A DNA stretch of 64,000 nt from an uncultured Planctomycetaceae bacterium (GTDB lineage Bacteria > Planctomycetota > Planctomycetia > Isosphaerales > Isosphaeraceae), in the NCBI GenBank assembly GCA_963833985.1, contig CAWIAD010000001.1, positions 992,001 through 1,056,000 of the forward strand, read 5' to 3'. This document shows positions 54,481 through 64,000 of this stretch, piece by piece. Within the stretch, counting starts at the first letter, position 1; each line of letters begins with the position of its first letter. The position numbers and the translations under genes were made by a program. The notes beneath the pieces were generated by a model. The model did no database searches and had not been told where the DNA came from. It saw only the letters and a list, made by a program, of their open reading frames with translations.

Positions 54481-56386
54481 ATGTGTGGCATAGCCGGTTT
54501 CGTGAATGGAAGCGGGTCTCAGGCGGAGCGGGCGGTCGTCGAGCGGATGACGGCGAGGCTGGCGCACCGGGGTCCTGACGGCGACGGCTTTCACTGCGCC
54601 GGGCCGGTTGCTCTGGGACACCGCCGGCTCTCGATCATCGACCTTGCCGGCGGCGCCCAGCCCATGTGCAACGAGGACGGCACGGTCTGGGTCACATACA
54701 ATGGAGAGCTCTATAACGAGCTGGAGCTGCGGCCGCAGCTTGAGGCCAGGGGTCATCGCTACCAGTCCGTCTCCGACACCGAGACCCTGGTCCATCTTTA
54801 CGAGGAAGAGGGAGTGGACTTTGCCCGGCGGCTCAACGGCATGTTCGCGGTGGCCATCTGGGACGAGCCCCGTCAGCGTTTGGTGCTGGCGCGCGACCGG
54901 ATGGGGCAGAAGCCGCTTTTTCACGCCGAGCTGCCGGGCGGCGGTCTGGCGTTTGGCTCCGAGCCCAAGGCGCTGCTCTGCCATCCCCAGGTTGGACGGG
55001 AACTCGATCGGGAGAGCCTGGCCCGCTACCTGTTCTACGAGTACGTTCCCGCACCTTACTCGATCTGGCGCGGGCTCAGGAAGTTGCCCCGGGGGCATCT
55101 GCTCGTCTGGGAGCGAGGCCAGGTGCGCACCTGGAGGTACTGGCAGCCGTCGGTGCTTGCCGATGGCGACCCGGACGAGCCGTTCGAGCAAGTCCGCGAG
55201 CGGTTCTGGACCGGCTTTCGCGACGCGGTGGCCCGCCATCGCCGGTCGGACGTGCCGCTCGGCGTGTTTCTTTCCGGCGGCGTCGATTCGTCGAGTGTGG
55301 CCGCGGCGCTCTGCGAGATCGAGCCGGCCCGCGGCGTGCACACCTTCTCGATCGGGTTTCACGAGCCGGACTTCGACGAGAGCCCGTATGCCCGGCGAGT
55401 GGCCCATCACCTGGGCACGAACCACCACGAGCGGACCTTCGCGGTCGCCCAGGTCTACGAGCTCTTGCCTGAGGTGGCCGGCTGGCTGGATGAGCCCTTT
55501 GGTGACGCCTCGATCTTGCCCACGCACCTTTTGAGTCGCTTTGCGCGGTGAGGTGACGGTGGCCCTGGGAGGCGACGGGGCCGACGAGCTGCTGGCCGGG
55601 TACCCGACCTTCACAGCAGAGCGCGCCGCCCGGCTCTATCGAACCTTGCCGCGCCCTGCTCGTGCCCTGGCCGAGGCCGCCATCGGCCGACTCCCCGTGG
55701 ATCATCGCAACTTCAGTTTTGATTTCAAGCTCAAGCAGTTCCTCCGCGGGGCGGCGGAGCCGCTGGCGCTGGCTCATCAGCGGTGGATGGGCTCGTTTTC
55801 TGGTGCCGAGCTGACGCGCCTGCTGCTGGACCCGGGCCCGGGCACCGGCGGCTGGCTCGATGTCGAGGCCGAACACATGGCCATGGCCGATGCGCTGGCC
55901 GCGGTGCCGGGCGCGGGGGCCGATCCGCTGAGCCGATCGCTGGAGCTGTACCAGGAGACCTACCTGCCCGAAGACATCCTCACGAAGGTCGACCGGGCGA
56001 GCATGGCATGCGGGCTGGAAGTCCGCGCCCCGTTCCTGGACGCGCAGCTCGTCGATCTTGTGCAGAGGCTTCCCGCCCGCTTCAAGTACGGCCGCAGCAC
56101 GACCAAGAGGTTGCTCAAAAGCGCGGTCTCGGGTAGGCTTCCGGCGTCGACCCTTGTGCGCGCGAAGCGAGGGTTCGGCATCCCGGTGGCCCGCTGGCTG
56201 CGCGGCGAGCTGGCTCCCTTGCTCGAAAGGTTGCTCGAGCCCGGCCGGCTGGCGCGGCAGGGGCTTTTTCGACCCCAGGAGATCGCACGCCGGATCGACG
56301 AGCACCGCTCGGGTGTGCGGGACCATCGCAAGCCGCTCTGGACACTCCTCATGTTCCAGCTCTGGCACGAGTCCTGGATGGCCTGA
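54481..56386 (+). CDS. asnB: Asparagine synthase (glutamine-hydrolysing)-family amidotransferase; 1-nt frameshift near 55547
   Basis: MCGIAG, HRGPD, NGELYN, ARDRMGQKP, LSGGVDSS; shifted frame ALGGDGADEL, KVDRASM, LEVRAPFLD, KRGFG. Confidence 0.93.
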
Positions 56387-56457
56387 CGCGTGTCCATGAT
56401 CCACGTTCTTCGCGAATGACCGTTTCTGGCCGCATGGGACCTGCGAGACGCCCGAGC

Positions 56458-57246
56458 ATGAGGATCCTCGTCGTATCGGACATCCACGCCAACTGGCCGG
56501 CCCTGGCGGCGATCGACGAACCTCACGATGTCTGCCTCTGTCTCGGGGACCTGGTCGACTACGGCCCCGATCCCGTTCCTTGCGTGCGCTGGGCCAAGGA
56601 ACATGCCACCTACGCAATCCGCGGCAACCATGACCATGGAGTGGCCCAGGGGATTCCCGTGACCGGGGACATCGGCTTTCGCTACCTGACGAAGGTGTCG
56701 CGGCCGTCGATGTGGGACTCGCTGGGGCCCGATGAGCGACGCTACCTGCTGCAATTGCCGGTCACGCAAAGGATCACGCTGGCAGGCAAGCGGTTCCTGC
56801 TGGTCCACGCCACTCCCCGCGACCCGCTGGACGAATACCTCCTGAAAGTCCCTGAAGTCTGGGCAAGGCGCGTGCAGAACGTCGAGGCGGACATCCTTTG
56901 CGTGGGGCATTCACACATGCAGTTCAACCTGCAAGTGGAAGGGACCGTGATCCTGAACCCCGGCAGCGTGGGGCTGCCGCGCGACGGCGATCCCCGGGCC
57001 GCCTACGCCATCATTGACGACAATCGCATCGAGCTCAAGCGCGTGCCCTACCCGGTGGAGGAGACCATCGCCCGGATCGAGGCCATGCCCTGGACGCGCC
57101 GGGCCAAGGACATGATGCAGCACGCGCTCAGGTCGGGCCGGCTGCCTGGTACGGAGGCTGGAACACCCTCCGCCACCGAGGCCGAACTGGAACCGGACGC
57201 GGACTTCGAAGACAATCCCGACATCACGTTGCAGCCGCCGGAGTGA
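56458..57246 (+). CDS. Metallophosphoesterase (calcineurin-like, YfcE type)
   Basis: SDIHAN, GDLVDYG, GNHD, GHSH, NPGSVG. Confidence 0.92.
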   Translation: MRILVVSDIHANWPALAAIDEPHDVCLCLGDLVDYGPDPVPCVRWAKEHATYAIRGNHDHGVAQGIPVTGDIGFRYLTKVSRPSMWDSLGPDERRYLLQLPVTQRITLAGKRFLLVHATPRDPLDEYLLKVPEVWARRVQNVEADILCVGHSHMQFNLQVEGTVILNPGSVGLPRDGDPRAAYAIIDDNRIELKRVPYPVEETIARIEAMPWTRRAKDMMQHALRSGRLPGTEAGTPSATEAELEPDADFEDNPDITLQPPE

Positions 57247-58502
57247 GCCGCAAGATGCCTTGCTCATCCCGGGGGCAAGCCGCCGTTGCCCCGGACTACC
57301 TGGCGCTCTTCGCCGCGCTGTACGCGCTGCAAGGCGTGGTCGTCGCTTACTTCTTCAACTTCAACCTGCTCTACATGACCGCCGGCGGAGCGGCCAAGGG
57401 TCCCGCCGCCGATGCCCAGAGTCTGGCGCTCGTCCCCCTGGTATTGAAGTTCCTGGGCGGACCGGTGTCGGACCGCTTCAATTTCCTGGGGTTCGGACAC
57501 CGCAAGCCCTACATCCTCCTGGGCGTGCTGCTCCAGTCGCTGGGCCTTTTGGGTTTGTCGCTTGTGAACCCTGGCCGCCAGCTTGGAGCATTCACGGCGC
57601 TCGCGGTTCTCACCGTCGCCGGACTGGCGGTTTACGACACCTGCTGCGACGGCATGGTGATCGATGTCACGCCGCCCGCCGACCGGGATCGGGTCCAGGG
57701 CTTGCTGGTAGCCAGCCGTGCGGCTGCCGCCATGCTGTTCACCCTGGCTTTCGGCTTCCTGCTGGAGTCCACGGGCAACGGTCCAGGCCGCGGCGACCCC
57801 GTGCTATGGATCTGCGCCGGCCTGGGCGTCATCCCGATGGTCCAGTCCCTGCTGGTGGCCGAGCCAGCCCGCGCGGCCGATGCGGATCGCTTCCAGTGGC
57901 GCGCCCTCGGCGTCCTGGTCCGCCCCCGGGCGTTACTGCTGCTTGTCTTCGGCGCGTTCTACGCCCTGGTGGGCTATGGCGTGGAGATCAACCTGGGCGC
58001 GTTCTACCATGACGACCTCCAGTTCCGCGAGCGTGCGATTGGCTACCTTGGTGCGTCTCGCTACGTCGGCAGGGTGTTCGGCGCAGCGTTACTGCCCATC
58101 CTGGCGACTCGCCTGTCCAGGACATGGGTGCTGCGCGTGGGGCTCCTGGCGCTGGCGGCCTCAACAGCCGTTCAGGCAGCGGTTGCGGATCCGGGGCCCG
58201 CGGGGCTTGCCGCGCTGGTCTTCGGCGCCGCCAACGGCTGGACCGACGCGGTCTTTTTCGTCCTGGCGATGGAGGCATCCGACCCTCGCATGGCCGCCTC
58301 AACCTATGCTCTGTTCATGGCCGTGACGAACGTCAGCGTGGCCGGCGGTGCACTGTTCGCGCGGCTTGAGTCTGCTCTGGGCGGCTCAAGTCTGGGCGGC
58401 TACCGTGCCGCGTTCCTGGTCACCGGGGCAGTCGTGCTGCTGGCATGGCCCTGCACTCGACCGATGGGCCGCGCAGCCGCGAGCACGGAAGCGGTCGAAT
58501 GA
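57243..58502 (+). CDS. MFS transporter (AmpG/acetyl-CoA-transporter-like)
   Basis: About 12 hydrophobic segments; LYALQG, LKFL.GP.SDR...GHRKP, D...DG..ID, ASTYALFMA. Confidence 0.85.
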   Translation: MSRKMPCSSRGQAAVAPDYLALFAALYALQGVVVAYFFNFNLLYMTAGGAAKGPAADAQSLALVPLVLKFLGGPVSDRFNFLGFGHRKPYILLGVLLQSLGLLGLSLVNPGRQLGAFTALAVLTVAGLAVYDTCCDGMVIDVTPPADRDRVQGLLVASRAAAAMLFTLAFGFLLESTGNGPGRGDPVLWICAGLGVIPMVQSLLVAEPARAADADRFQWRALGVLVRPRALLLLVFGAFYALVGYGVEINLGAFYHDDLQFRERAIGYLGASRYVGRVFGAALLPILATRLSRTWVLRVGLLALAASTAVQAAVADPGPAGLAALVFGAANGWTDAVFFVLAMEASDPRMAASTYALFMAVTNVSVAGGALFARLESALGGSSLGGYRAAFLVTGAVVLLAWPCTRPMGRAAASTEAVE

Positions 58503-59536
58503 GCACGTTTTGGACCTTGCTGGGTATCGCGGGCATAACCCTGGCGGCCCTCGCCGGGTTCCTCTTCTCGTTGCGGTGGTGGGTCCAGAGCCTCGTGCGG
58601 TTGCTGCTCTGGCCGCGATACCGTCTCAGGATCATTGGCCATGAGAACGTGCCTCGGACCGGGCCGGCGCTTGTGGCCGCCAATCACGTCACCTGGCTGG
58701 ACGGCTTCTTCCTGGCGGCGGCCTGCCCGCGGCGCGGCCATGCCCTGGTGAACTCGGCCTACATCGACTGGCCCGTCCTGGGCCGCTGGGCGCGCTGGAT
58801 CGGGCTTATCCCCGTGCCGTTCTCCGGGCCGAGAGCGCAGCGGACCATGTTCCAGGTCTGCCGCAAAATCCTGGACCAGGGCGAGGTGCTGGGACTTTTC
58901 CCGGAGGCTCAGATGAGCCGCACCGGTCTGACCGGTCCCTTCTATCGCGGCCTCGAGGCAATCCTTGCCGGCAAGAGTGATGTTGCGGTCGTGCCGGTCT
59001 TCCTGGACAACCTGTGGGGGAGTGTGTTCAGTTACGCGGGAGGGCGTACTTCGGGGCACCCGCAAAACCTTGCGCGGCGAACGGTGACCGTGGTCTTCGG
59101 GCCGCCCGTGCCGCCGCCAATCACGGCGTTCGCCGTCCGCCAGGCCGTGCTCGAGGCGAGCGTCACGGCTTTTGAGCACCGCGATTGGCCGCCGGCCCCG
59201 CTCGAGACCATCGAGCCCGAGCAGCCACGGTTCGTGCATCCCGAGCTGGGCCTGATCGCGGCTTCAACCGCCAACTTTGAACACCGGGGAATCCGCCAGA
59301 TCGGGCAAAAACCAGGAACCTCGGGCCACCCTGTCCCTGGCGTCGCGCTCCGCGTCGTCAACGAGCGGGGCGAAAGCCTGCCGCCTGAGGAAGTCGGCCG
59401 CCTCCTGGCTCGGGTTCCCGGCCGGCCCTGGATGGACACCGGGTACCGCGGCTCGCTCGATCGCGACGGTTTCGTCCGTGTGCTCGACGCGGAGCCAGGG
59501 CCCGGTACTGGAGAGAATCGATGCGATGATTCTTAG
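58499..59536 (+). CDS. Acyltransferase (PlsC-like) with a truncated AMP-binding-like C-terminus (Aas-related)
   Basis: ANHVTWLD, FPEAQMSRTG, LWGSVFS; tail KPGTSGHPVPGVALRVV...WMDTG...DRDGF. Confidence 0.8.
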   Translation: MSTFWTLLGIAGITLAALAGFLFSLRWWVQSLVRLLLWPRYRLRIIGHENVPRTGPALVAANHVTWLDGFFLAAACPRRGHALVNSAYIDWPVLGRWARWIGLIPVPFSGPRAQRTMFQVCRKILDQGEVLGLFPEAQMSRTGLTGPFYRGLEAILAGKSDVAVVPVFLDNLWGSVFSYAGGRTSGHPQNLARRTVTVVFGPPVPPPITAFAVRQAVLEASVTAFEHRDWPPAPLETIEPEQPRFVHPELGLIAASTANFEHRGIRQIGQKPGTSGHPVPGVALRVVNERGESLPPEEVGRLLARVPGRPWMDTGYRGSLDRDGFVRVLDAEPGPGTGENRCDDS

Positions 59537-59867
59537 ATTCTTTCTCTTTCGCCAGTTGAGCCGGCTTGTGATGGCCTGAGCCCGTGATCCGCAAGATGGA
59601 GTCTCGGTTGAGCGTACCTCCGATTTGCCTGTTGACATGCTTGCCGCCTGAACTGGCTGCGGCTTAAGATGCTCGGATTCATCTGGAAGATCTGGGCCCG
59701 CGGCCAGGGAAAGCGCGGTCTGCATGACGACGAATCGAGGATGCCCCTTGCCTCGCGTCTGTGACAGTGGGCCGACGCTCGAACGCGCCGGTCGGCCCGG
59801 CTCTGCTGAGCATCGGTCTCCCGCGGTCTGAACCGGATGCGCAATACCAGGAGAACGGGAGCGGCTC

Positions 59868-62800
59868 ATGACCGTGCCAATGATGCCGGGCCTGATGCGC
59901 GGAGTCGGTTCTCCGAATCGCCGCATCGATGCGGCGTGCGACGCTTTTGAGGAAGCGTGGCGGACAGGCCGGTCGCCGCGGATCGAGGACTGTCTCGCCC
60001 ACGCGGACGAAGCGGATCGCGCTGCGTTGCTCGGCGAACTTCTAGGGCTTGAGCTGGAGCTGCGGTGCAATCGTGGTGACCGGCCGGATTCCTCCGAGTA
60101 CCTGGCCCGTTTCCCGGCCGACGCGGGGCTTGTGGAGGCTGCCTTTGCGGGTGCCTCCTGGCACTCAGGCGAGAACGCGACAGGTCCCAGAGAGGGTGAT
60201 CGGAGCGCCGAGGGGTCAGATTCCGAAGCGCCCGGAAGTTCCCTGGCGGACGCCTGTGAGTCCCTGTTCCAGGACATGGTTGCCCAGAGTTCCTCCCAGA
60301 GCGAAGTAGAGAGGCGTGGGGACATCGGTGAGCCGGAGGATCTCTGCATCCCGAACGGCAGGTGCCCGGTACCGCCTGGCGAGCCGCGAGCGGCCAGGCC
60401 GGGCGAGCGCCGGACACCGACTCGGAGAGACAGCTCCGCCCGTCTCCAGGTCCTCGGCGAAGTGGCTCGCGGTGGCATGGGCGCCATCCTGCGTGGTCAC
60501 GATACGCGTCTGGGACGCGACCTTGCCATCAAGGTGCTGCTGGACGCCCACGAGGGTAACCCCACGATTGCGCGCCGCTTCATCGTGGAGGCTCAGATCA
60601 CCGGGCAGCTCCAGCACCCGGGCATCGTGCCGATTTACGAGCTGGGGATCCTCTCGGACCGGCGGCCCTACTTCGCAATGAAGCTGGTCGAGGGTGGAAC
60701 CCTCGCCGCGCTGCTGAAGGGCCGAACAGATCCCGCCCAGGACCAGGTCCGCTTCCTGGCCATCTTCCAGCAAGTGGCCCAGACCGTCGCCTACGCCCAC
60801 TCCCGGGGCGTCGTCCATCGCGACCTCAAGCCTTCCAACATCATGGTCGGCAGCTTTGGCGAGGTGCTGGTGATGGACTGGGGACTGGCCAGGGCCCTGC
60901 GTGAGCCCGAACTCTCCCCGGATGCGACGGCCCGCGACAACCCGGACCGGCAGCGCGGTGTCGTCACGACGGTGCGGAACCTTGCGGGCGATGATTGGAC
61001 CGTGGCGGGAAGCATCATCGGGACACCTGCCTACATGCCGCCGGAGCAGGCGCGCGGGGAAGTGGAACGGCTCGACGAGCGGTGCGACGTTTTCGCCCTG
61101 GGCTCGATCCTCTGTGAGATCCTCACCGGACGGCCGGCTTACACGGGGCGCTCGTCCAGGGAGATCATGCTTCGTGCCAGAGAGGCCGACCACTCCGAGG
61201 CGCGAGCACGGCTTGATGGCTGCGGGGCGGACGGGGACCTGGTCAGTCTGGTTCACGACTGCCTGGCCGTCGATCTCGGTGAGCGTGCGCGTGACGCCGC
61301 GGCCGTCGCGGCACGGCTGGCGGCCTACACGGAATCTCTCCAGGAGCGAATCCGTCGTGCCGAGCTGGGTCGCGCTGCCGAACAGGCCCGGGCCGAGGAG
61401 GCGCGCCGCACTGCTGCCGAGGCACAAGCCAAGGCCCTTGCCGAACGGCGGGCACGAAGGCTGACAGGGGCTCTGCTGGCCTCCGTGCTGGCGCTGACGG
61501 CCCTGGGCGTCGGGGTCTATGCCTGGTCCGTCCGGCAGCGGCAAGAGCGGCTCGAGCGGGTGGGCGTACTGGCAGAGAAAGCCGAGTCGCAGTACCTCCA
61601 CGCGATGAGCGAGCCAGCCGCCGACCCGCTCGCATGGCAAAGGATCGACTCCGTACTGGAGCAGGCTGAAGCGTTACTGCATGGAACGACCGATCCCGTC
61701 ATGAGCTCCAGGCTTGTGAATCTGCGCGAGCGTGCGCAGGCGGAGCGCGCAGGTCCGACGATGCGCGCAATCGGGCCCAGCGCCTGAGCGACCTTGCAGA
61801 GCAGCTCTGGAATACCGATCGCGGGGCCTACGATCGCCCTGACGAGGCCGTTCGCTTGCTCAGGTCCGCCCTGGAGATCCGCCGGAACGACCACCTGGTC
61901 CATAACTACCTGGGCGACGCACTGAAAGCCCAGGGAGACCTGAACGGCGCGATCGCCGAATACCGCGAAGCCATCCGGATCAAGCCTGACGATGCCAGCT
62001 ATCATGACAACCTCGGCGACGCATTGAAGGACAACGATGACCTGAACGGCGCGATCGCCGAGTATCGCGAGGCCACCCGGATCCAGCCCGATAGCTGGAT
62101 CTACCGCAAGGACCTCGGCCTTGCGCTCAAGACCCGGGGGGACGTGGACGGCGCAATTGGCGAATACCGCGAGGCCATCCGACTCAAATCCGACGAAGAG
62201 TTCCCCCACGACTTGCTCGGGGACGCACTCAAGGCGAAGGGGGACGTGGACGGCGCAATCATTGAATACCGCGAGGCCATCCGGCTCAAGCCCGATCGCT
62301 GGGTGTTTCGCAACGACCTTGGCGTCGCGCTGAAGATCAAGGGAGACCTGAACGGCGCGATCGCCGAATACCGCGCGGCCATCCGGCTCAAGCCGGACTA
62401 CGCTGCTGCCCATAACAACCTCGGCGTCGTACTGGAGGCCAAGGGGGAGATTGACGCCGCGATCACCGAATACCGCGCGGCCATTCGTTTCAAGCCCGAC
62501 TACTCCTACGCGCACAACAACCTCGGCGACGCCCTCAAGGCCAGGGGAAACCTGGAAGGTGCGCTGGCTGAATACCGCGAGGCCGTTCGACTCGATCCGC
62601 AGAACTGGGTCTTTCTCGATGACGTCGGCATCACACTGAGGGCCAGGGGAGAACTGGACGCTGCGATCAACGCCCACCGGGAGACCCTCCGCCTCAAGCC
62701 CGACTACGCTTACGCTCATAACAATCTGGCGCGGCGTCCTGGCCAGGGGGGACATTGACGCCGCGATCACGGCGTGTCGCGCGGCCATTCGCCTCAAGCC

Positions 62801-63674
62801 TGATTACGCGCTGGGCCACAGCAACCTCGGCCACGCCCTGCGGGCCAGGGGGGAGATTGACGGCGCGCTCGTGGAATACCGCGAGGCGGTACGCCTCAAG
62901 CCCGACGAGGCCGCTTACCTCGATTTCCTCGGCTTCACGCTCTGGGCCAAGGGCGATCCGGACGGCGCGCTTGCCGCCTGCCGGCAGGCTATCCGCGGCA
63001 AACCCGGCAATGCCCTCTACCACCGCACGCTGGGCCTGGTGCTGCGGGCCAGGACGGACCTCCAGGCTGCCATCGCCGCCTATCGCGAGGTCGTCCGCCT
63101 CAAGCCCGACGACGTCTGGAGCCGCATGCTTGCTTCCCGATTGGAGCGGCTGGCGGTCCATGGGCCAGCGTTGGAGACCTGGCTCCGCGGTGACGACACA
63201 CCCTCCGATGCCGGCGAGGCGATCGCCCTGGCACTGGTGCTCTACGCGCGCCATGAGTTCACGAAATCGGTCCGGCTCTTCGACGCGGCGTTCGTTCGTG
63301 ATCCCACGCTCGCCGCCGACGCCACAGTCTTCTATCGCCACGTCGCGGCCCAGACAGCGGCGCTCGCCGCTTCTCAGACCAACGGCCGCCCGGTCCTGGA
63401 TGACGGGTCCAGGGCCATGTTGCGCGCGCGGTCGCTGAGCTGGCTGCGCGACGACCTGGCCGCCTGGAACCGGAGACTGGACTCCAATTTTACCAAGGTC
63501 CGCGCCGAGGTCGGATCAACCATGGGCCTCTGGAGAAGCGACTTCCAGCTTGCAGGGGTCCGGGATCCTGAGGCTCTGTCCAGGCTGCCGGAGGCCGAGC
63601 GCGGGGCGTGGCGGGCGTTCTGGAAGGACGTGGTGGGACTTCAGGCCCGAGCCGCAAAACCGTCGGCTCCGTAA
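59868..63674 (+). CDS. Ser/Thr protein kinase with TM helix and long TPR array; indels near 61748 and 62730-62737
   Basis: RIDAACDAFEEAW N-terminus, GGMGAI, HPGIVP, HRDLKPSN, DWGLA, GTPAYMPPEQ; TPRs in the downstream frames; C-terminal WLRDDL...VRDPEAL..LP..ER..W. Confidence 0.9.
61890..63120 (+). repeat. About 12 tandem 102-bp (34-aa) TPR-coding repeats
   Basis: Recurrent GAATACCGCGAGGCCAT-like units encoding LG.AL...G....AI.EYR.A.RL.PD. Confidence 0.85.
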
Positions 63675-63741
63675 AAGAGCCTGCGAGCTGTGGACTGCGA
63701 GGTAGGCGGACACCTGCCGCCGTTCCCGCGGTGCCCCGGGC

Positions 63742-63999
63742 TCATTTCCGCTCGGCGATCGGGACGTAGTCGGTCTGGCGGTTGCCGATGTAGACCTGCC
63801 TGGGCCTGGCGATCTTGAGCTTGCCGTCGGCGTGCTGTTCCTTCCACTGGGCAATCCAGCCGGGCATCCGGCCGATGGCGAAGATGACCGTGAACATGTT
63901 CGTGGGGATGCCGATGGCCCGCATGATGATGCCGCTGTAGAAATCGACGTTGGGGTACAGCTTCCGCTCGACGAAATACGAGTCCGAAAGTGCCTTCTC
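63742..63999 (-). CDS. gltA: Citrate synthase, C-terminal part (truncated by window edge)
   Basis: [39 protein letters not shown]...IARPRQVY. Confidence 0.95.
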   Translation of the reverse strand, partial: EKALSDSYFVERKLYPNVDFYSGIIMRAIGIPTNMFTVIFAIGRMPGWIAQWKEQHADGKLKIARPRQVYIGNRQTDYVPIAERK

Positions 64000-64000
64000 C

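Noticed and set aside
61890..63120. Regular repeats as a possible CRISPR array or DGR
   Set aside because: 102-bp in-frame degenerate units encoding TPRs; no unique spacers, cas genes or reverse transcriptase

Overview
GC-rich bacterial chromosomal window, very likely from a planctomycete (Isosphaeraceae-like). This is inferred from two DUF1559 prepilin-like genes, a LE.R.LL-type export motif, a DUF1800/DUF1501 pair, a TPR-CRTAC1/ASPIC protein, a Ser/Thr kinase-TPR protein and a Uma2 nuclease. About 44 genes can be supported. Housekeeping genes: rpsA, cmk, a PlsC-like acyltransferase, polX, ygfZ, a partial gltA, an mnmM-like methylase and a sigma-70 factor. There are many surface or secreted proteins (an SdrD-B repeat protein, three PEP-CTERM proteins, an RTX-like protein), a BlaI-M56-M56-DUF1800-DUF1501 cluster, a beta-propeller/di-heme cytochrome c locus and an asnB-phosphoesterase-MFS-acyltransferase operon. 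One complete IS1634-family element is present (19-bp perfect TIRs, 6-bp target duplication CAGTAC). About nine genes carry small indels, almost all at GCGC sites; these look like motif-specific (possibly methylation-induced) long-read errors rather than real pseudogenes. No rRNA, tRNA or CRISPR array was recognised. All family assignments come from motif recognition by eye, not from database searches.
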